Origin: Gemmatimonadales bacterium
GTDB lineage: Bacteria; Gemmatimonadota; Gemmatimonadetes; Gemmatimonadales; GWC2-71-9
Direction: 5' to 3'
Length of the DNA: 64,000 bases
NCBI GenBank assembly: GCA_035309945.1
Contig: DATGEQ010000009.1
Coordinates: forward strand, 2,343-66,342
Numbering within the stretch: the stretch's first letter is position 1; the number at the start of each line of letters is the position of its first letter. Both the position numbers and the translations under genes were made by a program. Under the pieces are notes generated by a model. It was not told where the DNA came from. It did not search any database and worked only from the letters and a program-made list of their open reading frames with translations. Positions 7,323-16,255 of this stretch are shown in pieces.

Positions 7323-9738
7323 CGGGAGCCGTAGGTCCAAGAGTGGCGGTTTCATCGCGTACGATGCTCGTTCCGGTCGTGGCATCGTACGCCACGCGGA
7401 TGATGCGATCGAGCCCGTCGCGGACCTGTTCGATGTGCGTGATGAGGATGACTTGCGGGAAGCGGTCGCCGAGGCGGCGCAGGAGCGCGAGCACGTGCTG
7501 GCGCCGCGCTTCGTCGAGCGAGCCGAAGATCTCGTCGAGCACGAGCAGCGACAGCGGCTGCCCGGCGCGCTCGGCGATCATCTGGGAGATGGCGAGCCGC
7601 AGCACGAGATTCGCGATGTCCTCTTCCCCGCCCGAGATCACCGGCTTCGGCACGCCTTCGTCGAGCACCACCACGCGATAATCCTCATCCAGATCGACTT
7701 CATCGTAGCGCGCATCGGTGAGATCCGACAGGAACCCCGATGCCAGGGCGCCGATCTCCGGCCGCATGGCCGCGTTCAGCTCGGCGCGCAGATCGGAGAA
7801 CGCGCGGTCGAGCTCGTTGTGCAACCGCAGCTCGACTTTCCGCTCACCAATCGTCCGCTCGCGCGCGGCGCGCTCCGTGGCGCGGCGCTCGCCTTCGCGC
7901 ACCGCCGTTTCCGCCGCCACCAGCTCGCCGCGCGTCTCGGCCACGGCCAATTCGGCGGCGCGCAGCGCGTGCGCCGCGCGATCGTGGCGCTCGCGCGCCG
8001 CCTGGAACTTGGGCTCCGAGAAACCTTGCGCCTTCACGGCGTCCGCAAGCTGGCGCGCGCTTTCCTCGCGGGCCGACAGCGCTTTCTCCGCGATCTCCGC
8101 TTCGCCGACGAGCGCCTCGGCCCGATCGGCGCGCGCGGCCAGCGTCGCGGCCTGCAGCGCCACCGGTTCGAGGCGCGCCAGCTCGGCACGCACCTCGTTA
8201 TGGCGCTCGACGTTGTACCCCGCGTCGCGCGCGGCGACGTGCTTCTCGATCTCCTGCATGCGTTTCGCCAACCCGGCGCGCTCCTTTTTCAGCCGCGCGC
8301 ATTCGCGGGCCTGCTCGCGCAGCGTGGTTTCGCGCTCGGTCACTTGCCGAACCTCTTCCCGCAGCGCGTCGCGCGCGGCTTCCGCCTGCGTCACCGCCGC
8401 GGGCGGATTCGCGAGCTGCTCGATCCGCTGCTTCAGCCACTTCCCATCGACGACAATCAGCTCGAGCTGCTCATCCAGCTCCGCCAGCACCGCGGGGTAT
8501 TCCGATCCGAGCGGCCGCCGGCACGTGGGACATTGCCCCTCGGGCCCGAGCCGCGCGATCTCGTCGCGATGGGTCTTCACCTCTTCGTGCTGCTTTAGCA
8601 GAGCGGCGCGGCGGGTGCCTGCGGACTCCTTCTCACGCACCCAGATCGACTGCTGCTCCTCGGCGGCCTGCTCGGCGGCGTCCAACCGCGCCGCGAGCCC
8701 ACCCGCCTCCTTGCTCACGCGCGCCAGGTCGGCATCGACCTCCGCCAGCTCTGCGATGCGCCGATCGAGGACGTTCAAGTTGCGCGTCAACTCGGTGAGC
8801 TTGGCCTGCTCCTCGCGCCGCGCCGCGTCCTCGCGGTGCAATCGATCGAGCTCGGCAAGCTCGGCCTTCAATTTGGAGATCGGCGCGACCTCGGCATCGA
8901 GGCTGCGCAGCTCCTCGCGCGCGGCAAGCGCCGCGGCCAGCTCCTTGTCGAGCCGCTGGAACTCTTGCCGCGCGACGACGACCCCTTGCTCCGCAACTCG
9001 CAGGTCGCCGTGCAGCGAGAGCGTGCGGTCGCGACGCTCGACCCACTGCTGCCACCGCGGCTCTTCCTCGGCGAGCGCCTGCTGCGCCTTGGCGCGTTCG
9101 TTCGTCGACTGCGTTGCGGCCTTGCGCGCCTCGGTCAATCGCCCCTCGGCGCTCTTCTTCTCTTTCTCGATTTCACTTTGCGGCGGCAGTCCGGTTTCGA
9201 GACCGTCGACTTCGTGGCCGAGCGCGTTGCGACGCTCGCGGATGCGCTCCTGCGCCAGCGTGAGCTGCTCGTGCCGTAGCACGCGCGAGAGGAACGCCGC
9301 GCGCTCGGGGCGCGTCGCGTCGGCCAGCACCGCCAGCTCTTTCTGGCCGGTGAAGTAGGTGTTGAAGAACTCGTCGTGCGTCATGCCGAGCACGCGCTGC
9401 AAACGACTGGTGACTTCTTTCAATGAATTCGCGACGACGGCGCCGTCCTGATACAGCTCCGCGTTGTTGAGGCCGCGCTCGACACGGAACGCGTGGTTGC
9501 CGAGCGCGAATTCGAGCTCGACGCGCACGGGCGCCCGCGCCTTCGCGCGCAGGTTGCGGATCGAGTCCTTGTCGCCGCGCGCGGCCGGATTGCCGTAGAT
9601 GGCCCACGCGATCGCTTCGAGCAACGACGTCTTGCCCGAGCCGTTCGGCCCGATGATCCCCGTGATGCCGTCGCCGAACGCGATCTCGGTGTCGGCGTGC
9701 TGGCGGAAATTCACGAGCCGCAGGCGCTGCAGCTTCAC
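7303..9738 (-). CDS. sbcC: Rad50/SbcC-type SMC-like ATPase
   Basis: Walker A GPNGSGKTS, long coiled coils with a central zinc hook CPTC, signature SGGEEDIANL, Walker B LLVLDEIFGSLD and H-loop ITHIEQV are present. The GTG start at 9738 overlaps the Mre11 stop (GTGA). Confidence 0.9.
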   Translation of the reverse strand: MKLQRLRLVNFRQHADTEIAFGDGITGIIGPNGSGKTSLLEAIAWAIYGNPAARGDKDSIRNLRAKARAPVRVELEFALGNHAFRVERGLNNAELYQDGAVVANSLKEVTSRLQRVLGMTHDEFFNTYFTGQKELAVLADATRPERAAFLSRVLRHEQLTLAQERIRERRNALGHEVDGLETGLPPQSEIEKEKKSAEGRLTEARKAATQSTNERAKAQQALAEEEPRWQQWVERRDRTLSLHGDLRVAEQGVVVARQEFQRLDKELAAALAAREELRSLDAEVAPISKLKAELAELDRLHREDAARREEQAKLTELTRNLNVLDRRIAELAEVDADLARVSKEAGGLAARLDAAEQAAEEQQSIWVREKESAGTRRAALLKQHEEVKTHRDEIARLGPEGQCPTCRRPLGSEYPAVLAELDEQLELIVVDGKWLKQRIEQLANPPAAVTQAEAARDALREEVRQVTERETTLREQARECARLKKERAGLAKRMQEIEKHVAARDAGYNVERHNEVRAELARLEPVALQAATLAARADRAEALVGEAEIAEKALSAREESARQLADAVKAQGFSEPKFQAARERHDRAAHALRAAELAVAETRGELVAAETAVREGERRATERAARERTIGERKVELRLHNELDRAFSDLRAELNAAMRPEIGALASGFLSDLTDARYDEVDLDEDYRVVVLDEGVPKPVISGGEEDIANLVLRLAISQMIAERAGQPLSLLVLDEIFGSLDEARRQHVLALLRRLGDRFPQVILITHIEQVRDGLDRIIRVAYDATTGTSIVRDETATLGPTAPDESVAA

Positions 9739-10940
9739 GCGGGCTCGCCTTCCGTCCGGCCGGCGGTTTCCAGGTATTCGACGCCGAGCTTCACGAACGT
9801 CTCGCGATTCAGCTCCGCGTCGAGCGGCCGGCGGCCCAGAAAGTCGCGGACGGTGTCCGTGAGCGTCTGACGCTTCGCGCCTGCCCCGGAGATCGTACCG
9901 GCGACGCGCGCTGCCTCGGGCCGTCGCAGATCGAGCTGGAAGTTCAAGGCGCGCGCCTTGTAGCCGCGGATCGCTGCGTGATCGAGATCGCGCGCGACGG
10001 CGCGTTCCACGTCCCAGACGAGCAGTCGCACGATCTGATCGTCGATCTTTGCGCCATTCACGCGCTCGGCGATTGCCGCGTCGAGCTCCTTGGCGTTCAG
10101 CCCGGCCGCCTGAATCGGCGGCAGATCGACGTGCCGCCGCGCCGGCGCGATCGGTCGGAAGCTCACGCGTGCGCCCGGCAGATCGACCAGCAGATATCCT
10201 TTCCCGTTGCGCTCCTTCTTGCCTTTGGCGCTCGCGCGCTGCGCGGCTTCATCCTGGAGCTGGCCCCACGGATTCGGCGGCAGATACTCGAGGCTGCCCG
10301 AGTACCACGCGTTGGTCGCGACCGACTGCGCGGTGTGGTAGTGGCCGAGCGCGATGTAGTCCCACTTCTCCGGCGCGAGCAGCTCGCGCGAGAGCTCCGC
10401 GCCGCCGTACTCCACCGTGCCGCGCTCTTCACCCAGTCCGCCGTAAACGCCATGCGTGACCAGCACGTTGAACGTGGGTCCGCCCGGCTCCGGGCGCAGC
10501 GCCGGTCGGTCCGCTTTCGCGAGCGCGGATTGCGGCACGGCGAGCACGGCGCAGTCGAGCTTCGGCAACACGATGCGCCGCGCGTCTTCGACCGCGATCT
10601 CGACGCCGAGCGCTTCGTAGAGACGCAGAATCGTCCCGGTCTCGGTGGAGCGCGGCGTGTCGTGCTCGCCCGCGATGACGACGACCGGTGTTGCCGGCAG
10701 ACCACTGCGGAGCCGCTGCAGCTGCCGGAAGCAAAAGAGGATCGCCTGATTGGTCGGTCGAACCGAATGAAACAGATCGCCCGCGACGACGATCAGCTCG
10801 GGCTGCTGTTCCAGCATGTCATCCACGGCGCGCTTGAAGACCTCGGCGACGTCGGCCTCGCGCTGGTTCGTCCCTCGGGCCGTCTGCCGGTCGAACTGGC
10901 GGAAGCCGAGATGGAGATCGGCGAGGTGCGCGAGCTTCAT
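9735..10940 (-). CDS. sbcD: Mre11/SbcD-type phosphoesterase nuclease
   Basis: Calcineurin-like motifs are present: HLADLHLG, VVAGDLFH, IAGEHDTP, LVTHG and ALGHYH. The real start is the ATG at 10940 (TAATG overlap with the HerA stop). The 700-aa track ORF (to 11837) is an Arg/Ala-rich artefactual extension. Confidence 0.9.
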   Translation of the reverse strand: MKLAHLADLHLGFRQFDRQTARGTNQREADVAEVFKRAVDDMLEQQPELIVVAGDLFHSVRPTNQAILFCFRQLQRLRSGLPATPVVVIAGEHDTPRSTETGTILRLYEALGVEIAVEDARRIVLPKLDCAVLAVPQSALAKADRPALRPEPGGPTFNVLVTHGVYGGLGEERGTVEYGGAELSRELLAPEKWDYIALGHYHTAQSVATNAWYSGSLEYLPPNPWGQLQDEAAQRASAKGKKERNGKGYLLVDLPGARVSFRPIAPARRHVDLPPIQAAGLNAKELDAAIAERVNGAKIDDQIVRLLVWDVERAVARDLDHAAIRGYKARALNFQLDLRRPEAARVAGTISGAGAKRQTLTDTVRDFLGRRPLDAELNRETFVKLGVEYLETAGRTEGEPA

Positions 10941-12892
10941 TAGTACGGCTCGTCCGAGATCGGATTCAGCGGCGGCACCGTGTGGTGCTCGCGCGGCATG
11001 CCGGCATCGGGCGTCACGCGCGCGCCGAGCACTTTGCGGAAGTAGGCGAAGACGTCGTCGGGGCGGGTGCGGCGCACCGTCGCCAGCGCGCGCCGCACGT
11101 CGTCCGGCTCGCGATCGGCGATCAGGTCCTTTACCTGATTGGGGCGCACACGCCGATCGAGCCGGACGAGCTGGCGTACCACGGCATCGTCGAACGGCAC
11201 ATCCTCTGCCGGCGGAAAGCGCTCGACGCCGTCCCGGCCGCGCAGCACCGGCGGTTTGGGAAAGCGCACGAAGATCGGCTGCGTAAAATGCGGGTGGCGG
11301 ATCATCAGCTCGCCGATCGGCAGCGTCGCCAGCTTGCTTTTGGTTGCTGGGCTGAGGACCTGATACCCCGGAGTCGCCAACTCGTCCATGTCCATGCGCC
11401 CGAACAGCTGCGTGCCGGCATTGCCGACCACGCGGCGATGCACCTGCGAGCGGAATTGCTCGGCGCCGAAGAGCACGAGGCCGAGGTAGCGGCCGCGCTC
11501 GGAGATGTCGAGCAGCATCTTCTTGACGTACGTCTCGGGGCCGTCGCCCGGCGCGTACTTGTTCAGCTCGTCGACGAACACGATCACCGCATCGACGCCG
11601 AGCGCACGGCGCTCCAACTGCTCGCGCAGCTTCGAGACCACGCGCGCAAACACGAGATCCTGGCCGAGCGGGTCGACGTTCGCGATGTCGATGACGTAGA
11701 CCGTGCGGTCCGCGAACGCGGTCCAGGGGAGATCGCTCGCCGGCCCGTCGTCGGTCACGAGGCCTTTGCAGCGGGTCGAGATGTTGAGCAGCCGGTTGCG
11801 CACTTTGCGCATCGTGGCGATGTGATGGGTCCGCCACGTGTCGCTGCGCCCGCCCGCCGTGATCTCGAGGCCGTCGAAGATCGACCGGAACAGCCGGTCG
11901 AGATCGGCGAAGGTCTGCACGCGATGCGTCGTGCCGAAGCCGTCGTCGAAGTTCTTCCCCAACACCCGATCCCTCAAAAAGTCGATGAACGCGTCGGCCT
12001 TCGCGTCGATGTCGTCGCGGTTGAGCAGCACCTCCGCGTAGTCCACGACTTCCTGCAAGCCCCAGGTGAGCGGCTCGACGTCGGCGACGAGGTCGGCGTG
12101 CGTGCGGAGCGTGTTGAGGTTCACGCCGTCCGATTTGTACGGCGCGTAGAGCTGCACGCGCTGGAACGGCTCCGCCGGAATCCGCAACCGCTCGTAGCGG
12201 CGGCGGTCCTCGTCACTCAGCTCGCCGGGCTGATCGAGAAAACAGAGATCGGGGCCTTTGACGTTGAAGCACACCGCGGCCACGCGGCCTTTGTGCGCCG
12301 GGAAGTGCGCGAAGATCGAGGCGAGCAGGAACTCGACCGCGCTGGTCTTGGTCGCAAGCCCGGAGACGCCGGAGATGTTGAGATGCGCGGCCTCGGGGCC
12401 GAGCAGGAAATCGGCGTCGAGATAGACCGGCGCGTCGCGTCCCGCCGATGTATAGAGCCCGACGGGAATCGCGGTCGGCGCGGCAGAATAAAGGAAAGCA
12501 TCCATGCGGAGCGCTTGCGCGACGTCGGCGTCATCGGCCAGGTACACTTGCCCGAGCGGCACCGGTTGGAGCGGCTCTTCGGGCGTCTGCCGCAACACCG
12601 CCGCCGTCCAGTAGCGAATCTGCTGGCGCGCGGTGGGTGGATCATCCCTGGTGGGGTCGCCCTCGGCGCCGATGACCTCGTGGAGTGGTGTCGCCAGATC
12701 GGAATACGCGAAGCCTTCGGTCACGACGCCGTACACGATTTTGCCGGGCAGGGGCGCGGCATGCTGCGCCCCGACATCCACTTTCACGATCGCACCGATT
12801 CCAATCTCGGTATCGGTCGCCGTCCAGAAATGGAATTGATGCGGGGTCGCGGGCTTCAGTTCTGTTGCGACGACCCGTCCGATTGCGTTCAC
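10940..12892 (-). CDS. herA: HerA-like (FtsK/HerA superfamily, DUF87-type) ATPase
   Basis: An N-terminal barrel-like segment (GRVVATELKPATPHQFHFWTA..IGAIVKVD) is followed by a P-loop-like GVSGLATKTS and a Walker B VIVFVDELNKYAP. It sits between the NurA-like and Mre11 genes. The GTG start at 12892 overlaps the NurA stop (GTGA). Confidence 0.72.
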   Translation of the reverse strand: MNAIGRVVATELKPATPHQFHFWTATDTEIGIGAIVKVDVGAQHAAPLPGKIVYGVVTEGFAYSDLATPLHEVIGAEGDPTRDDPPTARQQIRYWTAAVLRQTPEEPLQPVPLGQVYLADDADVAQALRMDAFLYSAAPTAIPVGLYTSAGRDAPVYLDADFLLGPEAAHLNISGVSGLATKTSAVEFLLASIFAHFPAHKGRVAAVCFNVKGPDLCFLDQPGELSDEDRRRYERLRIPAEPFQRVQLYAPYKSDGVNLNTLRTHADLVADVEPLTWGLQEVVDYAEVLLNRDDIDAKADAFIDFLRDRVLGKNFDDGFGTTHRVQTFADLDRLFRSIFDGLEITAGGRSDTWRTHHIATMRKVRNRLLNISTRCKGLVTDDGPASDLPWTAFADRTVYVIDIANVDPLGQDLVFARVVSKLREQLERRALGVDAVIVFVDELNKYAPGDGPETYVKKMLLDISERGRYLGLVLFGAEQFRSQVHRRVVGNAGTQLFGRMDMDELATPGYQVLSPATKSKLATLPIGELMIRHPHFTQPIFVRFPKPPVLRGRDGVERFPPAEDVPFDDAVVRQLVRLDRRVRPNQVKDLIADREPDDVRRALATVRRTRPDDVFAYFRKVLGARVTPDAGMPREHHTVPPLNPISDEPY

Positions 12893-13815
12893 GACGCGAG
12901 CCGGGCTTTCAGGTATTCCTCCACATGATGTAAAGGATACAACAGCCGGTCCCAGCGCGCGGCTGGAGTCGCCAGTGGCGCGCGCTCCGCCCACAGCCAG
13001 CCGCTCAGCTCGGCCGCGCGCGCGACGGTGTCGGGGTGCGCGCGCGCTTCGATCCGCAGCAGCCCATACAGCAGATCGTTTCCTTCCCACGGCCGGAGCC
13101 GGAGATACCACGAGTAGACCTCGGTTCGCGTGTGACCGCCGCGCACGGCGAACACGCTCGTGCGATACCCGGCCGGCAAGGTCAACGCGCGTTCAAGTCC
13201 CCTTCCCTCGAGAAATTGCGCGCCGTGACTCTTGATGACGCCGATTGCGCGCGGGTGGCGTGCGACGGCGGGTGAGCGCGACAGCAGACCGTCGCTGACC
13301 AGCCACTCCTCCGGCCCGAGCGCGTCGATCGCTGCTTCGGCCAATTCCCGCTCGAGGCGCGCCCGGATGCGGCGGACCGTCGCCTCGATCATCTCGACGT
13401 AGCGCGCCGGCTGCTCCACGAGGTCGGCATCCACCGGCTCGATGTCCGGCGCCGCCTGCTCGAGCGCTTGCCGCGTCGCAGGGCTCATCCGTTCGAGCGG
13501 CGCGATCGCGAACGCGCGGCTGCGCTCGAACGTGGTGCGCAGGACGCCGGTGCCGTCACGCCGGCGGACCGCCGCGGCGACAGCGGCGTTGACGATCGGG
13601 GTGACGCCGTCATAGGCGACGACGTTCCACCGCTCGATGCCATTGAGGAAGGAGACGACCGGCGGGATGCGCGCGACGCCGCGATCCGGAACGGCATGCG
13701 TCTCGAGCTCCGTCCCTTCTACCAGATCGGCCAGCTCGCCCTTTTCGACTTCATCCGTCTTGCGGCCGGATCCGGGGACGGCGCCCGCGGCGATCAGCGG
13801 CTGCCACCACGTCAT
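12889..13815 (-). CDS. nurA: NurA-like nuclease
   Basis: About 308 aa, starting MTWWQPL. NurA-type landmarks are WLVSDGLL (catalytic Asp strand), IGVIKSHG, and YPLHHVEEYLKA near the C-terminus. It sits immediately upstream of herA. Its ATG at 13815 overlaps the methyltransferase stop (ATGA). The assignment rests on my motif recognition only. Confidence 0.6.
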   Translation of the reverse strand: MTWWQPLIAAGAVPGSGRKTDEVEKGELADLVEGTELETHAVPDRGVARIPPVVSFLNGIERWNVVAYDGVTPIVNAAVAAAVRRRDGTGVLRTTFERSRAFAIAPLERMSPATRQALEQAAPDIEPVDADLVEQPARYVEMIEATVRRIRARLERELAEAAIDALGPEEWLVSDGLLSRSPAVARHPRAIGVIKSHGAQFLEGRGLERALTLPAGYRTSVFAVRGGHTRTEVYSWYLRLRPWEGNDLLYGLLRIEARAHPDTVARAAELSGWLWAERAPLATPAARWDRLLYPLHHVEEYLKARLAS

Positions 13816-14450
13816 GCCGTCTCTCGCAGCTTGACGCCGACCAGCAAGCCATCGCGCACGGGGATGATGGTCGCGACCAGACGCGGATCGCGCGCCGCGA
13901 GCTCGTTGAACTTCCGCACGCCGAGCGCGTTCCCCGACGTATCGCTCGGGTTGACCGCGGCGCCGTGAAAGAACGCGTTGTCGCAGAGCAGCAGGCCGCC
14001 GCGGCGCAGCAGCTTCATGCCCCAGTCGAAGTAGTGCGGGAGCGGCTCTTTGTCGGCATCGATGAACACCGCGTCGAACCCCGGATGCAACGTCGGCAGC
14101 ACGTCGAGCGCCGCGCCCTCGAGCAGTCGCACGCGGCCGTGGAGTCGCGCCATGGCGAACGCCTCGCGCGCCACGCGCGCATGCTTCGGATCTTTCTCGA
14201 TCGTCGTCAGCTCGCCCCCGGCGGGGAGCGCGCGCGCCAGCCACACACCGCTGTAACCTCCCAGCGCGCCGATCTCGAGCACCCGCTTTGCCTGAATCGT
14301 GAGGAGCAGCAGGTGGAGCAGCTTGCCTTCTTCGGGTGAGACGTTGATCTCGGGGAGACCTTCTGCTGCGTGACGCGCGCGGATTTTCGCGAGTATCGGG
14401 TCTTCGGCGGCGAACAGCTCGGTGACGTAGCGGTCGAGTTTCTCGTCCAC
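13812..14450 (-). CDS. Class I SAM-dependent O-methyltransferase (family 3, caffeoyl-CoA OMT-like)
   Basis: Recognisable segments are VLEIGALGGYSGVWLA (SAM-binding glycine-rich loop), FDAVFIDADKEPLPHYF and GGLLLCDNAFFHG. The GTG start at 14450 shares one base with the upstream TAG. Confidence 0.87.
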   Translation of the reverse strand: MDEKLDRYVTELFAAEDPILAKIRARHAAEGLPEINVSPEEGKLLHLLLLTIQAKRVLEIGALGGYSGVWLARALPAGGELTTIEKDPKHARVAREAFAMARLHGRVRLLEGAALDVLPTLHPGFDAVFIDADKEPLPHYFDWGMKLLRRGGLLLCDNAFFHGAAVNPSDTSGNALGVRKFNELAARDPRLVATIIPVRDGLLVGVKLRETA

Positions 14451-14965
14451 TACGCCGTAGCTTCGACGTTGGGGAAGGGCGGAACCTCGAGGAGCCAGAG
14501 TCCCGCAAGCCGCGCCTGTTTGTCCACCTCGACCAGCATGTGATCGGCGATCCGCACCACCGTCGCGGGGCGCTTACTCCCGACGCGAATGTGGAAGACC
14601 GATTCGTTCTGGTTCTTGTCGACCGTGAGCGCCGTATCGAGCTCGACTGCGGCGACGCCGGGCTGCGAGCGACGGTCGGGGAACGTGACCTGCCCTTCCT
14701 TGGAGACCTCCGGCGGTTGCAGCGTCGCGACCGTCCGCACGTCGTCGGGCCACGTCACGACGTCCACGCCGCGCAGCGCGCCGCCGGCGACGTCGAGCAC
14801 CACGAACGAGCCGTCCCCGCCCTCGAGATCGACGGTCCCGTTCATGCCGTTCCCTTTGGTGACGCCCTTGCAGGCGACCGTCAGGATGTCGGTCTCGGGA
14901 TCCCACCGGTAGGAGACCTTGGGCAGCTTGCCGTTGAGTGGCTCGATGCGTGCTTCGAAATGCAT
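14450..14965 (-). CDS. Hypothetical protein, possibly two DUF2283-like halves
   Basis: 171 aa. YRWDPETDILTVACKG resembles the DUF2283 Y-D-x-E-x-D-x-L motif, and a second half contains LVEVDKQARLAGLWLLEV. It is the first gene of the coupled operon. Confidence 0.45.
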   Translation of the reverse strand: MHFEARIEPLNGKLPKVSYRWDPETDILTVACKGVTKGNGMNGTVDLEGGDGSFVVLDVAGGALRGVDVVTWPDDVRTVATLQPPEVSKEGQVTFPDRRSQPGVAAVELDTALTVDKNQNESVFHIRVGSKRPATVVRIADHMLVEVDKQARLAGLWLLEVPPFPNVEATA

Positions 14966-15016
14966 GTCGGGTCTCGTCTTCCTGCGTGCGCGTTGGATGC
15001 GTAATATAGCGGCACT

Positions 15017-16255
15017 ATGGAACGACGCGAGTTTCTGGGTGCTGCGGCAGGAGTAATCGTTAGCGGTGTAACGCGGAACGCGGAACAGTCTCGCCCGCCC
15101 GGTTCCGCGTTCCGACTTCCGCGTTCCGCGTTAGACCGCTCACAGGGTCCTACGCTGACACCGACGGTGTTCGCCCAACGCATCCAGCGGGCGCAGGAGG
15201 AGCTGAAATCCCGCAAGCTGGACATGCTCGTCGTCGAGCCGAGCACGAACTTTCAGTACTTCACGAGCTACAACCCGGGACGGAGCGAGCGGCTGATTCT
15301 GTTGATGATCCCCGCCGCCGCGGCGCCGGTCATCGTGTGCCCCTCGTTTGAAGTCGAGCGCATCAAGCGCAATACCGTCATCACCGACGCGCGTGGCTGG
15401 GAGGAGCAGGAAGATCCCTGGGCGCTGGTCGCGAAAGCCGCGACGCAGCTGAAGCCGCGGGGCCGCGACGGCATCGTCGCGATCGAGCCGACGACGTCGT
15501 ATCAGAGCTACGTGCGGCTCGTCACGAAGCTGCGTGGCTGGCTCCCGCACGATGGCGCACCGGTCACCGAGCGGTTGCGGATCATCAAGAGTCCCGAGGA
15601 GATCGCGCTCATCCGCACCGCGATCGCGGCGACGGAAGCGTCGATCGCCGCGACATTCTCGCAGCTCGCGGTCGGCATGAGCGAACGCGACGTCGCCGCC
15701 CTGCTGTCGCGCGAAATGGCGAGCCGCAGCGCACCGGGCGGCGGCCTGGTGCAGTTCGGTACCTCGAGCGCGCTGCCGCATGGCGGCCCGTCGGCGGGAC
15801 AGTTGACGCGGGAGACGGTCGTGCTGATCGACGCCGGCTCGCGCGTCGAGGGCTACACGTCGGACATCACACGCACGATCTGGTTCGGCGATGCGCCGTC
15901 CGATGAGTTCAAGAAAGTCTTCAACATCGTGCACGACGCCCAGACCGCGGCGATCGAGAGCGCCAAGCCGGGCGTGACGCAGTGCCAGCAGGTCGATCGC
16001 GCGGCGCGGAAAGTCATCACCGACGCGGGCTACGGCCAATACTTCACGCATCGCCTGGGGCACGGCATGGGCATGGACGGGCACGAGCCGCCGTATATGG
16101 TCGAAGGGAACGCCACGCTACTCGAGCCCGGGATCGTCTTTACCGACGAGCCGGGGATCTATCAACTCGGCAAGTTTGGTGTGCGGATCGAGGACGACTG
16201 TATGATGACGCCGACCGGAGTCGAAGTCCTCTCCCACCGCGTGGCGAAGCTCTAG
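15017..16255 (+). CDS. M24-family Xaa-Pro peptidase with a Tat-like signal
   Basis: The N-terminus MERREFLGAAAGV is Tat-like. M24B metal-ligand context is present: VLIDAGSRVEGYTSDITRT, HRLGHGMGMDGHEPPY and FTDEPGIY..GVRIED. Confidence 0.9.
   Translation: MERREFLGAAAGVIVSGVTRNAEQSRPPGSAFRLPRSALDRSQGPTLTPTVFAQRIQRAQEELKSRKLDMLVVEPSTNFQYFTSYNPGRSERLILLMIPAAAAPVIVCPSFEVERIKRNTVITDARGWEEQEDPWALVAKAATQLKPRGRDGIVAIEPTTSYQSYVRLVTKLRGWLPHDGAPVTERLRIIKSPEEIALIRTAIAATEASIAATFSQLAVGMSERDVAALLSREMASRSAPGGGLVQFGTSSALPHGGPSAGQLTRETVVLIDAGSRVEGYTSDITRTIWFGDAPSDEFKKVFNIVHDAQTAAIESAKPGVTQCQQVDRAARKVITDAGYGQYFTHRLGHGMGMDGHEPPYMVEGNATLLEPGIVFTDEPGIYQLGKFGVRIEDDCMMTPTGVEVLSHRVAKL
15070..15132. repeat. Nine in-register heptamers forming an inverted repeat inside the M24 peptidase CDS
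   Basis: It reads aacgcgg aacgcgg | aacagtc tcgcccg cccggtt | ccgcgtt ccgactt ccgcgtt ccgcgtt. The 13-bp segment cggaacgcggaac (15074-15086) is perfectly complementary to gttccgcgttccg (15102-15114). Its 63 nt equal 21 codons, just after the signal peptide. Confidence 0.85.

Noticed and set aside
9735-11837. Very long N-terminal extensions in the track ORFs for Mre11 (700 aa), NurA (539 aa), HerA (723 aa), the aminotransferase (578 aa), DmpA (438 aa), HU (193 aa) and others.
   Set aside because: In each case a conserved protein N-terminus begins at an internal ATG or GTG that overlaps or abuts the upstream gene's stop. The extension reads as low-complexity Arg-rich sequence overlapping the upstream gene.
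16252-16255. A shared CTAG at which the convergent M24 peptidase and aminotransferase genes both terminate (4-nt overlap).
   Set aside because: It is a trivial consequence of the palindromic CTAG containing TAG on both strands. No further structure lies around it.
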